Of a stretch of DNA of 64,000 bases, positions 52,022 through 64,000 are shown piece by piece. The position numbers and the translations under genes are program-made. Positions within the stretch are counted from its first letter, which is position 1; the number at the start of each line of letters is the position of its first letter. The stretch is from assembly GCA_002269645.1 (NCBI GenBank), contig NIVC01000536.1, positions 281,875-345,874 of the forward strand, read 5' to 3'. The notes under the pieces were generated by a model. It was not told the DNA's origin, searched no databases, and saw nothing but the letters and a program-made list of their open reading frames with translations. The DNA comes from Macrostomum lignano (lineage: Eukaryota).

Positions 52022-54094
52022 TCATTGTGGCAGCTGTTGAGTTCGCACAACAACAGTCTGAGCCACATCAAGCGGGCACAGCTGGCACAGTTCCGGCTCA
52101 TTCTCCTCTTGTTCCAGCGGCGCTGCATCCGGTTCCAGCTGGCACCGGCCGCTAGCCAGGTGTCGCCTGGCGGCCGACCTGGTCGCGAACAGTCTTGAAC
52201 AGCCGGCCGGGCACAGGTGAATTCGCTGTCCGACCAGGTGTCCGGCTACGTGCCGCCTGACGGCCAGATGATCGGCGAAGGTCCGCTGACAGAGGCAGCA
52301 GCGCCAGCAGGCGGCGGCGCAGTGCACCTCGGAGGCGAGATGGCGCAGCAACGGCGCCAAGTCGGAGTGAAAGGCGGCGGCAGGCGGCGGGCAGAGGCGG
52401 CAGCGCTGGAGGCGGACAGAGTCCGGGCCGGAGCTCAGAGTGATGGAGCTGGTGTGGCTGGCCAGCATGTGCTGCTGCAGCTCTGTGGGGCGCAGCGGAG
52501 GGGGGGGATGATGGAGGCAGAGTTATTGCGACTTCCCACTTTCGGAAGAAGTCGGGTCTTTTACTGAATGGAATTATTGAATTTCTCAGGAGGGAATCCG
52601 CGATTTTCCTTTGGGGAATTTTTCTGTCTCAGGGAGGGAATTCCTCCCTCTAAGAAGGGAGTTCTTAAGTTTTTTAGGACGGAATTTACAGCTCCTTAGG
52701 AGGGAATTCCCCACTTTCTCAGGAGGGAATCTTTTACTTTGTCAGGAGGGAATTCCCTACTTTGTAAGCAGGGAATTCCTCTGTCGCATGAGGGACATTT
52801 TGTGAGGGACATTTGAGAAATTTTCTCAAGAGGGGACTGTTCACTGTCTCATGAAAGAGTTGTTTACTTTCCCAGGAGGGAATTTTTGTTAACCCACTGC
52901 CTCAGGAAGGGAATTCCACACTTTAAGGAGGGAATTTACAGTTCCTTAGGATTAAATTCCTTATTTCTCAGGAGGGAATTCCTAACTTTCTCAGAAGGGA
53001 ATTCCTCACTGTCTTGTGAAGGAATTATTTACTTTCTAAGGAGGGAATCTATCAATTTCTCAAGGGGGAATTCCTTACTTTTTCAAGAGGGAATTCCTAA
53101 CTTTTTCAAGAGGGAATTCATCACTTTCTCAGGAGGGAATCCATCAATTTCTCAAGGGGGAATTCCTTACTTTTTCAAGAGGGAATTCGTCACTGTCGGA
53201 GAACTCAGACTTTATCAACTTGAATTACAAGCTCGCGAGACAGAGCCATTTCTCACCTTCAACAGACGGGAAGTCCAGTTGGCAGGCCAGACAGGCGCCG
53301 GCAACGACGCTGCAATGCGCGCTAATCAAATGGCGCCGGAGCGCCGACAATCCGAACATGGCGCGCTTGCAGACAAAGCAGCGCACGCCAGTCTGCTTGG
53401 TCGGCGCCAGACAGCGCGCAGTGGAGCCAGCGTGCTGCGCCAAGCCAGCCGGGGTGGCGAACCCGGTCAGACACCGGTGGCACCGGTGCGGCCGCCGGTC
53501 CGTGTGCTGCAGCTGGTGCTGGCGGAGCTGCCGTTCCAATCGGAATCGACGCAAACAGACCCGGCATTCCCAGAGACGACCGTCAGTAGCCGGCGGCATT
53601 CTTTTGGTTGCCATGGCAACCGAATTGGCCGAAGGATCCGACGAACCGGGCAGAGTCGCCTCGTGCAGAGCGGCGGCATGCTTTCGAAGGTGCTGCCGAG
53701 TTTTGAACAGCTTGCCGCAGGCCAGGCACTCGAACGGCCGGTCCAGGCCCGCCCGGGTGTGCCGCAGGCGGTGATGCTTCTGCAGGTTGTAGCGGTGGCG
53801 AAATGACCGGCCGCACTGCGGACAGCAGATCGACGGCTCATGGTCGGCGCCGGCGGTGTCGGCTGGGCTGGCGGCGGCGGCGACGGCCGATCGAAGGCGG
53901 ATGAGGGCGGGTGCCAGCGGCTGCGGCTGCGTCAGGGCGGCGTCCTGCTCGGCCTGCGGCAGGCCGGGCCACAGCAGCTGGCTGCCGTATTCGCCGAGGA
54001 GCTCCGGGCAGCAGTGGAGGGTGTCGAGGTGCACCGGTGCGGCGGACGAGCTGCCGCCAATTACAGCGCGCAGAGGCTGCGGATGAAGTGCCAT
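52022..54094 (-). CDS. C2H2 zinc-finger protein, ~9 fingers, 2 exons, ~432 aa
   Basis: Exons 54094-53257 and 52482-52022. Splicing (phase 1) completes a finger across the intron: CLACQLDFPSVE|ELQQHMLASH. Other fingers include CPQCGRSFRHRYNLQKHHRLRH, CLACGKLFKTRQHLRKHAAALH and CRVCLRRFRLERQLRQHQLQH, with the linker HTDRRPHRC. The start codon at 54094 is inferred. Confidence 0.88.
52590..53190. repeat. Degenerate GGAGGGAATTCC-based repeat in the ZNF intron
   Basis: Direct inspection. Confidence 0.75.
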
Positions 54095-54379
54095 AGCAAC
54101 AGAGAGAAAATATAAACAGAGCTTATCGAACGCGGGTGGTAATTTTGGTTGCCATAGCAACGGAAATTATTGAAAAAGCTTCCTATCTATAAATATTTTC
54201 TTCAGTTGTGGCTGCCATGGAGATTCGAATCGAGACAATTGTTAAAAAGTTTATTTAGTACCTTTTCGGGATTCTTTTCGTTGCTATGACAACAAAAAGT
54301 CGCTATAGATACGCTAAGAAAAAAGAGAAAGAAATGCGGTTGTTTCAGCTATGATTTTTAAATCTGTTGCCATGGAAAC
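54087..54379. promoter_or_regulatory. Cluster of RFX X-box motifs upstream of the zinc-finger gene
   Basis: GTTGCCATAGCAAC 54148-54161, GTTGCTATGACAAC 54280-54293, GTTGCCATGGAAAC 54366-54379, and AGTGCCATAGCAAC 54087-54100 (overlapping the inferred ATG). A perfect GTTGCCATGGCAAC lies inside the CDS at 53607-53620. Confidence 0.7.
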
Positions 54380-54688
54380 GCGTGTTACTACTATTCAAAT
54401 AAAAATATTAAACACAAATAAAGCCAGAATTCATCATCCTCTATATAAGACAGCACAAACAATATTATTCGCCGAAAACAGATTAATTTACAATGGCGAA
54501 CGATTAATACGACAGTGACACTGTAAACCTGGGATCTGGCATTCAGGGGGGTGGGGTGGGCGAGGGTACTTTTGAAAACATCACACAATAGCAATCCGGC
54601 CCGCTTACGGCTTCTACTCAGTTCTCTTGTCTTATCTTAAGTTTGTCGAGTTGACCCCTTCTGTAAAGCTAGCGCAATAATAGCCTTT

Positions 54689-55319
54689 AATGTAACGGAG
54701 CTTTTGTCTATGGTAGCACAGCGGCATTTAACTTGGTCCATACGCTCGTAGCTTAATTTGCAACTGCTGCGGAGTAGCAAGATCAGCCCCACAATTGTGG
54801 ACCATATGCTAGGCTGTCGAACGAATGCCATTGGCTTGTGATCGAAGCACTGAACAGAGGTGAACACCCTGCTGAATTTAAAAGATGGTTTACAGCATCC
54901 ATCAGCGCGTTGAAACCACTGCCGGCAGAGATCGTCTGCGAAGGGGTGGCAATCGCCAAGGCGAGAGCCTCAGTTCCAACTGCAACTCGATGCAGTTGAG
55001 ACGAACCCTTTGATGACGGTGCAGAAATGCAGCAGAAGTGAAGGAACAGCTCCAGTTGGTTATCAGATTTCGACCATCAGCAGAGCTCTGGAAAAGCGAC
55101 TCAAAATTGTCGATAGAGACGCTGACAATCCAGCGGTACGCAACAACCCGCAGACGGTTGCGAGAAAGCAGGAGTTTGCCGACTGGCTCACGAGCGTTTG
55201 GACCAAATTGATGCTTGTTGGACCAAATTGATGCTTGTTGGACCAAATTGATGCTTGTTGAACCAAATTAAATGCCGCTGTGCCAACCTTGCTACCATAG
55301 ACGAAAGCTCCATTACATT
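54689..55319 (+). mobile_element. Decayed Tc1/IS630-like element with TIRs and a frameshifted HTH fragment
   Basis: Inverted termini AATGTAAYGGAGCTTTYGTCTATGGTAGC..CACAGCGGCATTTAAYTTGGT at both ends. Internal peptide RRGGNRQ...VETNPLMTVQ...ISTISRALEKRL...RNNPQTVARKQEFADWL. A 20-bp tandem expansion (TGGACCAAATTGATGCTTGT) lies at ~55199-55262. Confidence 0.65.
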
Positions 55320-55519
55320 GGTAAGCCTATCTTGGATTAAATTTAATGCGCGCAGGCTCAAATGGGCTGCAAAAAGCTATATTAGTTTGATGATGGAGAA
55401 TTATATATGGGGGGCTACTAGAGCAAACTTGTACTTAGTAAAATTTACAATGTCAAACTAAGAGAACACAGCCAAATGTCAGGAGATGTATGCATATATA
55501 GTAAGGCGAGATAATCGCA

Positions 55520-55542
55520 TACGAGAGGGGCATCCCAAAAGT
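55520..55542 (+). mobile_element. Solo mariner TIR-like end
   Basis: TACGAGAGGGGCATCCCAAAAGT is nearly identical to the TIR at 8821-8800 (TACGAGGGGCATCCCAAAAGT). Confidence 0.45.
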
Positions 55543-55739
55543 CCGCTCAGTAACCACTGACTTTTACCATAGACGAATAATGAGAGAAGCGCACACCAAT
55601 ATTTTCATATGCAGAGTTTTATACACTCTAATTTTCAAAGACATAGCGCGATTTTGTTTTTTCACTCTTGTAAAAAAAGTTCTCGCGTGATTGCAGCCAA
55701 AGGATGCCAATTTGAAGGACTGCGGAGCCCTGTACAAGG

Positions 55740-55978
55740 GGTTGCAGCCTAGTGGTTAGGAGTCACTCACGACTGAAAGGAACTGAATTTGTGTCCTTGA
55801 GCAAGAAAGACAATTAACTCTGCATTGCTTCGGTTCACCCAGCTGTAAAATAGGTGCCAGCATTAGCTGGGGTAATTGAGGGTGTGTGTGGCGACCCCCC
55901 CTCCCAGTCCTTGGACTGAACAGCCGTTCGCAGTCTAGATGCGCCGCGCAAATAGCTGCGGCTGAACTGTCGGTTGCA
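55740..55978 (+). mobile_element. Second copy of the CORE-type SINE (B-box region deleted)
   Basis: Shares the head GGTTGCAGCCTAGTGGTT, the CORE-like block and the tail AGATGCRCCGCGCAA(A)TAGCTGCGGCTGARCTGTCGGTTGCA with 32487-32698. Confidence 0.65.
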
Positions 55979-56419
55979 AATCTAATTATCATTATTAGAG
56001 TTGTTTCCAGTTATTTTCAAAGAGTTACCAAACGGACTTTTGGTATGCCCTCGTAATTAAATAATTAGTAACTTATAGAAATTTCGAACAGGTTAAAATT
56101 TCAATTGCACGGTAGTGGAAATCAACAAATCAGAAATCAATTAATTAATTAATAGTTAATACCAAAGGTCATATATACACACGATGGGCCACTTATTAAC
56201 CGCTTATGTGGCCATAGAAACCAAAATGAAAAATTTTGCAACTCGAAAACACCTCGAAAAAATCAACTACTGAACTCAATTTCGTCAGTAGTCTCTGCAG
56301 TGCATGCATCATTCTTAGTTTGATTGAGTAGCTTTTTATTAAATTCATGAAAAGTTCAAAGTGGCCTATCTAGGGAATATAAGATCTATGGTTAATTCCG
56401 CTCTCTAATAGTATCCATA

Positions 56420-59400
56420 TTAGCCAACAGCAGCAGCGGCCGCTGGCTCAAAGCTGCAGATCACTGAGAACAGATTGCCGCCCAGCCTGTCAGCCAGCCA
56501 GGCATTTTTGAGCACAGCCAATTTCAGACAATCGCAGGAGAACTTGGCGTACAAATTGGTGTGCACAGCCCGGCCCATGCCTTCGATCACCACCAGGTCG
56601 ACTTGTTCCTGCCGGCAGGCGTCGGCAACTTCAACGCTGACGTAGCGCAGATCCAGACAGGGCGACGAGCTGCCTGTGCCAGCCAGGAGAAGCCGGCCGC
56701 TGCTCAGGGCGTCCGCGACGCGAGGCACAAAACTGCCAACACGCCGGATTAGGGCGCGCAGTTCGAATATGGTGACGTCATTCAGGGCCGGGCCGTGATT
56801 GGCTGCCAGAATTACCTGCAGCGTTAAAGGGAGATTGCTGCGGTAGAGCGGTTGATTTGTGAGGTAGATTGAAGACCGATAGATTGCTTTAGTAGAGTGG
56901 CGAGGTAGATAGCTGTGGAAGGCTGGTGAGGTAGATAGCTGTGGAAGGCTGGTGAGCTAGATAGCTGTGGTAGGCTGGTGAGGTAGATAGCTGTGGTAGG
57001 CTGGTGAGGTAGATTGAAGACCGATAGATTGCTTTAGTAGAGTGGCGAGGTAGATAGCTGTGGAAGGCTGGTGAGGTAGATAGCTGTGGAAGGCTGGTGA
57101 GGTAGATAGCTGTGAAAGGCTGGTGAGGTAGATAACTGTGGTAGGGTGGCGAGGTAGCTTAATGTGGTAGGGTTGCGAGGTAGCTTAATGTGGTAGGGTG
57201 GCGAGGTAGCTTAATGTGGTAGGGTGGTGAGGTAGCTTACTGTGGTAGGGTGGTGAGGTAACTTACTGTGGTAGGGTGGTGAGGTAACTTACTGTGGTAG
57301 GGTGGTGAGGTAGCTTACTGTGGTAGGGTGGTGAGGTAGCTTACTGTGGTAGGCTGGTGAGGTAGCTTACTGTGGTAGGGTGGTGAGGTAGCTTACTGTG
57401 GTAGGCTGGTGAGGTAGATAGCTGTGGCAGAGTAGGGCGGTAGTCAGGAAAAGTAGACAGGGCGGGTCTGTTGTAAAAACCTTGACTCCTCTATCCAACA
57501 GGTCGATGGCAAAGGGCAGCACTCCCAGCAGCAGGTCGCAGCCGCTGTTATCCACGAACACGATAGCGCAGGTGTACACCCCAGCCTTCAGTCGGCTGGT
57601 CCAAGCGTCCAGATCGTCAACAAGCCAGGGCCGGGGCTGCAGCTGCTCCATGGCTTCGTTCAGGCCAAATTGCTTGCCGTGCTCGGCCAATAGCTCGGCC
57701 ACTCGGCCGGCGCCCCAGTCGAACACGTTGCCGCCTAGCAACCCGCGGATTAGCGCGGCGGGCAAGTCGGCCGATGGCAGGCTGGCCAAGTGGCTCAGCC
57801 GGCTCTGCAGGCCATCGAGGGCCACTTCGTTCTCTTCGCGTTTCAACACCCAGAAGGGATCCGGGAAGCCGGACTCGCGCAGGCAGTGTTCCTGCGTTGC
57901 CGTGGGAATATTATTGGCGTCAGGATCTCAGCGCTTCACTTCTGACATTAACTCCATCCTTCCTAACGCTAGCCCAGGCTATTCTCCATCCACCCACTTC
58001 CCGAATCCCATTCTCCCACTCACCTCAAATCCCATTCTCCCATCCACTTCCCGAATCCCACTCTCCCACCCACTTCCCGAATCCCATTCTCCCACCCACT
58101 TCCCGAATCCCATTCTCCCACTCACCTCAAATCCCATTCTCCCATCCACTTCCCGAATCCCACTCTCCCACCCACTTCCCGAATCCCATTCTCCCACCCA
58201 CTTCCCGAATCCCATTCTCCCACCCACTTCCCGAATCCCATTCTCCCACCCACTTCCCGAATCCCATTCTCCCACCCACTTCCCGAATCCCATTCTCCCA
58301 CCCACTTCCCGAATCCCATTCTCCCATCTACTTCCCGAATCCCACTCTATCACCCGCACCCTCTAGATAGTCAGGCCCCACCTGCACATCCAGAATCCGC
58401 CGAACCGTGAGCTGCCCAAACGCCACGGGATTGGCTCGGGCCTCCTTAAAAAAGTTCTGATAGGCCAATCGGAAAGCTTCGCCGCGCTCCGTCGCGCTGG
58501 GACTGTCCGGCTGGCTGAGCACGGCGCGCTGCTGGTGCCGATCGATCGACGCTTCGAAGCAGTTCAGCCAGTACTCGCGGGCGGACAGGTCCTGAGATGG
58601 AGGCGGGTTCAGGCGGGCTGATTGAAATGCGGCCTGGAATTGCTGGCAAGACTGGCTGCTCGATCTACAGGTGTGGTCTGTAGGACTTGAGCACCTGTAA
58701 CTGTGTGGTCTGTAGGACTTGAGCACCTGTAACTGTGTGGTCTGTAGGACTTGAGCACCTGTAACTGTGTGGTCTTGAGCATCTGCATATAAAATTTGCA
58801 GCAACAGGTGGAACTACCTCACACTTGTATCTTTAAGGGAAATTGTCACGCAACCGGCGAGAGGCATTACTGCCCATTCTGCGGACTCCCCTGAGCAGGC
58901 ACACAAGCGCGCGGATACGTACGCAGTCTTACGCACAGGCACACACTCACACAGGAGTGTACAGCGTCCCTAACTTTACACTAGACTACGCCCCCCCCCC
59001 CAGCTACCTGGCTCAAATCCCAGGTGTCAGGCACATAATCCAGCCGGTCTCGCAGCAGAGGAAAATCCGTGAGCTCTTTCCGCTTGTCCAGTTCAAGAGC
59101 CGCCATGCCCTGCCAGCTGCCGACATCAAACGAACTGCTGGTGCACAGGTTCTCAGCCCAGGAGCCGGTTAAGACACCGATTCGCCTGTCCTTCTCCAGA
59201 CCGCGAACGAAAGCGCCGATGGCGCCCAGGTAGCCTTCGTGCCTTAGAAAATAGGCTTTGACGCTGCCTTGAGACCAGAAGTTCACGCCGTAGGTGAGAG
59301 TGCGCATCGTGAGCAGGTGGCCGCGTATGAAGAAGCCGGCAAATACAATTCGCCTGAGCTGGTGCCGGCTGGCGTAGAGAAATGCCAGCTGGCCAATGTT

Positions 59401-62328
59401 GTTGCTAACCGTGATCAGCAGGCTGCGGAGCAGGTCGGGCTTGGAGAACTCTTTGCAGTCGGCTCTGCAGGTTTTTAATTGTGCTTATTAGTGTATTGAT
59501 ATCGTCTGCCGGTATTCGGTCAAGGCCTGAATTGTCGGCACTGACTCAATGTGGGATTCTGAATTGTCCGCATTGACTCAGTGTGGGATTCCAAATTGTC
59601 CGCATTGACTCAGTGTGGGATTCCGAATTGTCCGCATTGACTCAGTGTGGGATTCCGAATTGTCCGCATTGACTCAGTGTGGGATTCCGAATTGTCCGCA
59701 TTGACTCAGTGTGGGATTCCGAATTGTCCGCATTGACTCAGTGTGGGATTCTGAATTGTCCGCATTGACTCAATGTGGGATTCTGAATTGTCCGCATTGA
59801 CTCAGTGTGGGATTCTGAATTGTCCGCACTGACTCAGTGTGGGATTCCGAATTGTCCGCACTGAACCAGTGGGATTCCGAATTGTCCGCACTGAACCAGT
59901 GGGATTCCGAATTGTCTGCACTGAACCAGTGGGATTCCGAATTGTCCGCACTGAACCAGTGGGATTCCGAATTGTCTGCACTGAACCAGTGGGATTCCGA
60001 ATTGTCCGCACTGAACCAGTGGGATTCCGAATTGTCTGCCGCAACTGTTCACAATAGAATCTGTTCAACTGCCAAATCAAGCTGCTCCACTCACTTGGAC
60101 GCCTTGCCAAAGGAAGACGCGATGATGTCGGCCGACAAGCCATGAACGCTGCTGGCGCTCTCACTGCCGTAGATGTCGCCAACCAGCATGTCAACGTTGC
60201 GGTGATCGCCTTGCGAGGCAATTTCAAGCAGTTCATCAAAGTCGGACGTGCCGGCCAGCAGGGAGCCGAGGCCCCAGAATGTGCCACCGCCAAGGGATGT
60301 ACCGCCGATTCGAGTGAATGTAGTCTCATTCTCCACCTGGTGACGAGTGGCAGGGATTCGAGCTGAAGCCGAATATGATCCCCATTGCCGATATAAGTCT
60401 AATCTCAGCTGGTACGCATTATATCCCAATCTAAACCACACGCCATTGATCCCAATCTGAATCCCATGCTATTGATCCCAATCTGAATCCCATGCTATTG
60501 ATCCCAATCCAAATTCCATGGTCCCAATCCCAACCTAAATCTCATGATCCCCAATCCCAACCTAAATCTCATGATCCCCAATCCTAACCTAAATCTCATG
60601 ATCCCCAATCCTAACCTAAATCCCATGATCCCCAATCCTAACCTAAATCCCATGATCCCCAATCCTAACCTAAATCCCATGATCCTAAATCCCATGATCC
60701 CGAATCTCAACCTAAATCCCATGATCCCAAATCCCAAGATCCCGAATCCCAACCTAAATCCCATGCTATTAATCCCAGCCCAAATCCTATGATCCAATAC
60801 AAACCCAAATCTCATAACAGAGCCTGCGCCATAAAAATTGACCTAGTAGATTGTATTCCCTATAAAAGCAGCAATCAAATGCGTTACCTTGAGCATAGAA
60901 ACCCCGGAGCCGATATTAACCAATAGGAACGGCTCCCCACCGTCCGACAGTTCATCGGCGAAGCAGCACGGCGGGCTGCTGTCGTGCTCATAAGAGAATA
61001 GCTCGCCAGGTATGTGCTTGAGCATGAAAGCGCAGCCTCTGACAAGGCAGGTCATCTCGTCCTCTTTCTCAACCACGCAGCCGAGCTTGGCCTCGATCGC
61101 CAATCTGTACTTGTGGGCGCCGCCGCCTGTGACGCGAAGCGGAGAATTTCTTAGGATCTCCAAGCCTCTGCCGTCAGAGCCCTGAGAAGGGGGTAGCGCT
61201 TAATTTGTTAGGCAATATTTTTATGATCAACTATGGGGATATCTAGCCAATTTGGGATATCTAGCCAATTTGGGATATCTAGCCAATTTGGGATACCTAG
61301 CCAATTTGGGATATCTAGCCAATTGGGGATATCTAGCCAATTTGGGATACCTAGCCAATTTGGGATACCTAGCCAATTTGGGATACCTAGCCAATTTGGG
61401 ATATCTAGCCAATTTGGGATATCTAGCCAATTGGGGATATCTAGCCAATTTAGGATATCTAGCCAATTTGGGATATCTAGCCAATTTGGGATATCTAGCC
61501 AATTTGGGATATCTAGCCAATTTGGGATATCTATCCAATTAGGGATATCTAACCTATTGGGGACATCTAGCCTATTGGGAATATCTAGCCTATGGGGGAT
61601 ATCTAGCGAATTAGGGATATCTATCCAATTAGGGATATCTAGCCATCTGTGGGACATCTAGCCAATTAGGGATATCTACCTAATTGGGGATATCTAGCCT
61701 ATGGGGGACATCTAGCCAATTAGGGATACCTACCTAATTGGGGATATCTAGCCTATGGGGGACATCTAGCCAATTAGGGATATCTACCTAATTGGGGATA
61801 TCTAGCCTATGGGGGACATCTAGCCAATTAGGGATATCTATCTACCTTATTGGGGATATCTAGCCTATGGGGGACATCTAGCCAATTAGGGATATCTACC
61901 TTATTGGGGATATCTAGCCTATGGGGGCATCTAGCCAATGGGAAATCCAGCAATATGATATAATGCCCACTAACTCGCTAGCGTGTAACCTAAACCAACA
62001 GGACTTAGTCTCAGCCACCAGTCCAGCTACTCACCTTCAGATTATCATAGATAAAGTCTAGGCAGTTCTCGAGCAGGCGAGTCTCAAATTTGATGAAATG
62101 CAAGCAGTCGGCCTCCTTCTCCAACTCCTGCGTGCTGTACAGATGAGAATCTGTATTCTCGTCGTAAACAACAAAGGTTTTCCGCCATTTTCTCTTGCTC
62201 TGATAGACAATCTTGGATAGGGAGCCACCAATATCGAGGGCAAATCGCTGAGCAGTTGGCAGGTCTCTGAGTACGTCAGCGCTCAGCTCGCTGATGGCAA
62301 TGCTTGAGCAGTACTCTGAAGTATTCAT
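56420..62328 (-). CDS. PANK4: Pantothenate kinase 4-type fusion (type II PanK plus DUF89/ARMT1-like phosphatase), 7 exons, ~767 aa
   Basis: Exons 62328-62035, 61181-60888, 60336-60095, 59464-59008, 58591-58382, 57891-57481 and 56815-56420, all GT-AG and phase-consistent. PanK motifs: [70 protein letters not shown]89 motifs: [33 protein letters not shown]. Confidence 0.93.
56870..57430. repeat. ~25-bp minisatellite in PANK4 intron 6
   Basis: (GGTGAGGTAGCTTACTGTGGTAGGG)n. Confidence 0.9.
57975..58350. repeat. ~24-26-bp minisatellite in PANK4 intron 5
   Basis: (CCCACTTCCCGAATCCCATTCTCCCA)n. Confidence 0.9.
58843..58978 (-). repeat. Dispersed repeat, copy of 48316-48455
   Basis: The reverse complement matches AAAGTTAGGG.CGCTGTACACTCCTGTG...CGTACGTATCCGCG...GCCTGCTCAGGGGAGTC...GTAATGCCTCTCGCCGGTTG. 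Confidence 0.75.
59545..60035. repeat. 30-bp minisatellite in PANK4 intron 3
   Basis: (GTGTGGGATTCCGAATTGTCCGCATTGACTCA)n. Confidence 0.92.
60440..60780. repeat. Minisatellite in PANK4 intron 2
   Basis: (AATCCCATGATCCCCAATCCTAACCTA)n. Confidence 0.88.
61237..61940. repeat. 18-bp minisatellite in PANK4 intron 1
   Basis: (GGGATATCTAGCCAATTT)n. Confidence 0.92.
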
Positions 62329-64000
62329 ACCAAAGACATTTGGCGAGAGAATTGGAATTAGGATGCTTATCTAATGTATACAGTAGAAACACATATAGAG
62401 GTCAGATAGGATCAACTTTTGGGACCAGGCAGTATCAGGATCCTATCCTACTTCTAATATTCACATAATAATAGACTGTTTACATTGTATAGACATAGCC
62501 TAAAATTATATCTACAACTACAGATTTACAACTTGAATAGCAAATTCATGTGTTTTGAATACTTTAATCCAAAGGGACAATACAGCTTTTGATTGTAAAA
62601 AATTATGCTTTTTATTTATAAATTAAAAATTTGTTACTTCTCAAAGAGCTAAGGCTAAAGTCACCTACCCTATGACATGATAAAGGAAAATTTCTATAAT
62701 CATTAAAATCAATACCTTACATGTATGTTATCAGACATATATGTGCAACTGCCATCTAACCTAGCCAATCTAGTTCCACCAGTGAACAAGCTGAGCCCGG
62801 CGCCGCCAAGGGCGGCGTCGGGTGAGAGCGAGAGAACCCGAGTAAAACATTTCTACCCATGGCAGCCGAAGGCCGACATGGGCTAGAAAGTATTTAGGAG
62901 TAAATAAGTTAGACTCCCATGCATTTTGAAATTTCACGTTTTTTCGCCAAAAAATGCTCCTGTTTTGCAACCACTGCACCGATTGAGTTGAGTGAGGTGT
63001 CAATAGATAGAAAACTTTAAAAACTATCGAATGAATATACTTTTAAGTGCATAGATTTTACTACTAAGCCCTAAATAAAGGGGAAAGACGATTTTTTCAA
63101 AAGTGCTTCTGGGAGATCTCAAAATTCTGGTACACCTTATGAGATACAGCTTCGACATCTGAGGATCAAAGTTGTCAAACTAAATTTCCTACAAAATGGT
63201 ATATGGCACTTTAATTTATTTTGGCATCTTTATGCAGTTTTGGTGGGTTTTTTGGGTAAAAAATGACCTTCATTTTATTATTTTGCCAATTTTTCCTATG
63301 AAGCTTTTGAGTTTGGGCCCCAAAGCAGTGCAGTTAGATGCGCAATGCAAATATCTACAAGTGTCTAAAGTTTTTGTTTCCCTGCAATTCTGCAGTGCTA
63401 AGAAAATCGACAAAAATTGATTTTTCAAAAAATCACAACTTTTGCATTATGCTCATTATAATTTTTAGAACATGGTGCGAATAAGCCGATTTTGAATTTC
63501 TATAGCATAGTTGCTGTACTATATTGGTTTAAATTGCTGCCGTCTGATTTTGCTGCTTTCAGGTTGAAAAATTGATCAGAAATTGATAATTTGTGATTTT
63601 GGCTGATTGGGTGCCAGAAAAATGGTGATTAAATTTTTAAAAGAACGGTAGATCAAATCCGGATACTGACCAAGTTTTTGAGTGTCTGCAACAAGTGCTC
63701 ATGTGTCAAAAGTGATTGGAAATCAATTAGAGTAGTGATTTTTTTAATATTTTGCTTGAAATCAGGCAAAAAACGCAATAGGACAGCAATATTTTAATGA
63801 CGCCTGATTTCCCACATAACAAGGCATATTTGTGTGCAGTTTCTAGAGATTCGGTTCATTGGGTAAAAAATTATCAATAAAAAACTGAAAACTTGACTTT
63901 TACTTTTATGTTAGTTCCGGGCTATTTAAACTGAAAATGGTAGGAATTTTGCACTGAAACCAATGCACAGTGTTCCATATAGTTAATTTAACAAATTTCT

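Noticed and set aside
62790-62825. GC hairpin followed by CTAG on the minus strand (Helitron 3' end)
   Set aside because: The hairpin is real but lies ~26 nt from the CTAG, and no matching 5' end was identified.

Overview
Eukaryotic (metazoan) genomic DNA: GC-rich spliced exons separated by introns packed with intron-specific minisatellites and (GATA)n/(TCTG)n microsatellites. This architecture resembles a Macrostomum-like flatworm (inference only). Seven spliced genes were reconstructed by hand from GT-AG junctions with matching phases: a partial non-catalytic ADAM (-), an unknown 393-aa protein (+), KMO (-, 9 exons), DPY30 (+, head-to-head with KMO), a secreted PSP94/beta-microseminoprotein-like protein (+), a ~9-finger C2H2 protein with clustered RFX X-boxes (-), and a PANK4-type pantothenate kinase-DUF89 fusion (-, 7 exons). 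Mobile DNA includes internally deleted mariner, Merlin and Tc1/IS630-like elements, a 9-bp-TSD MITE, CORE-type and tRNA-derived SINEs, and a 2.6-kb almost CpG-free fossil block. Nearly all long ORFs in the supplied track are artefacts of tandem repeats. The most unusual signal is a dispersed, partly tandem family of ~63-bp bipartite units at 3693-3833, 12913-13513 and 45381-45443. Each unit keeps two blocks of 28S rDNA (the flanks of the R2/I-PpoI target site) around a different 16-18-nt spacer, and adjacent arrayed units are joined by variable linkers of constant 6-nt length.
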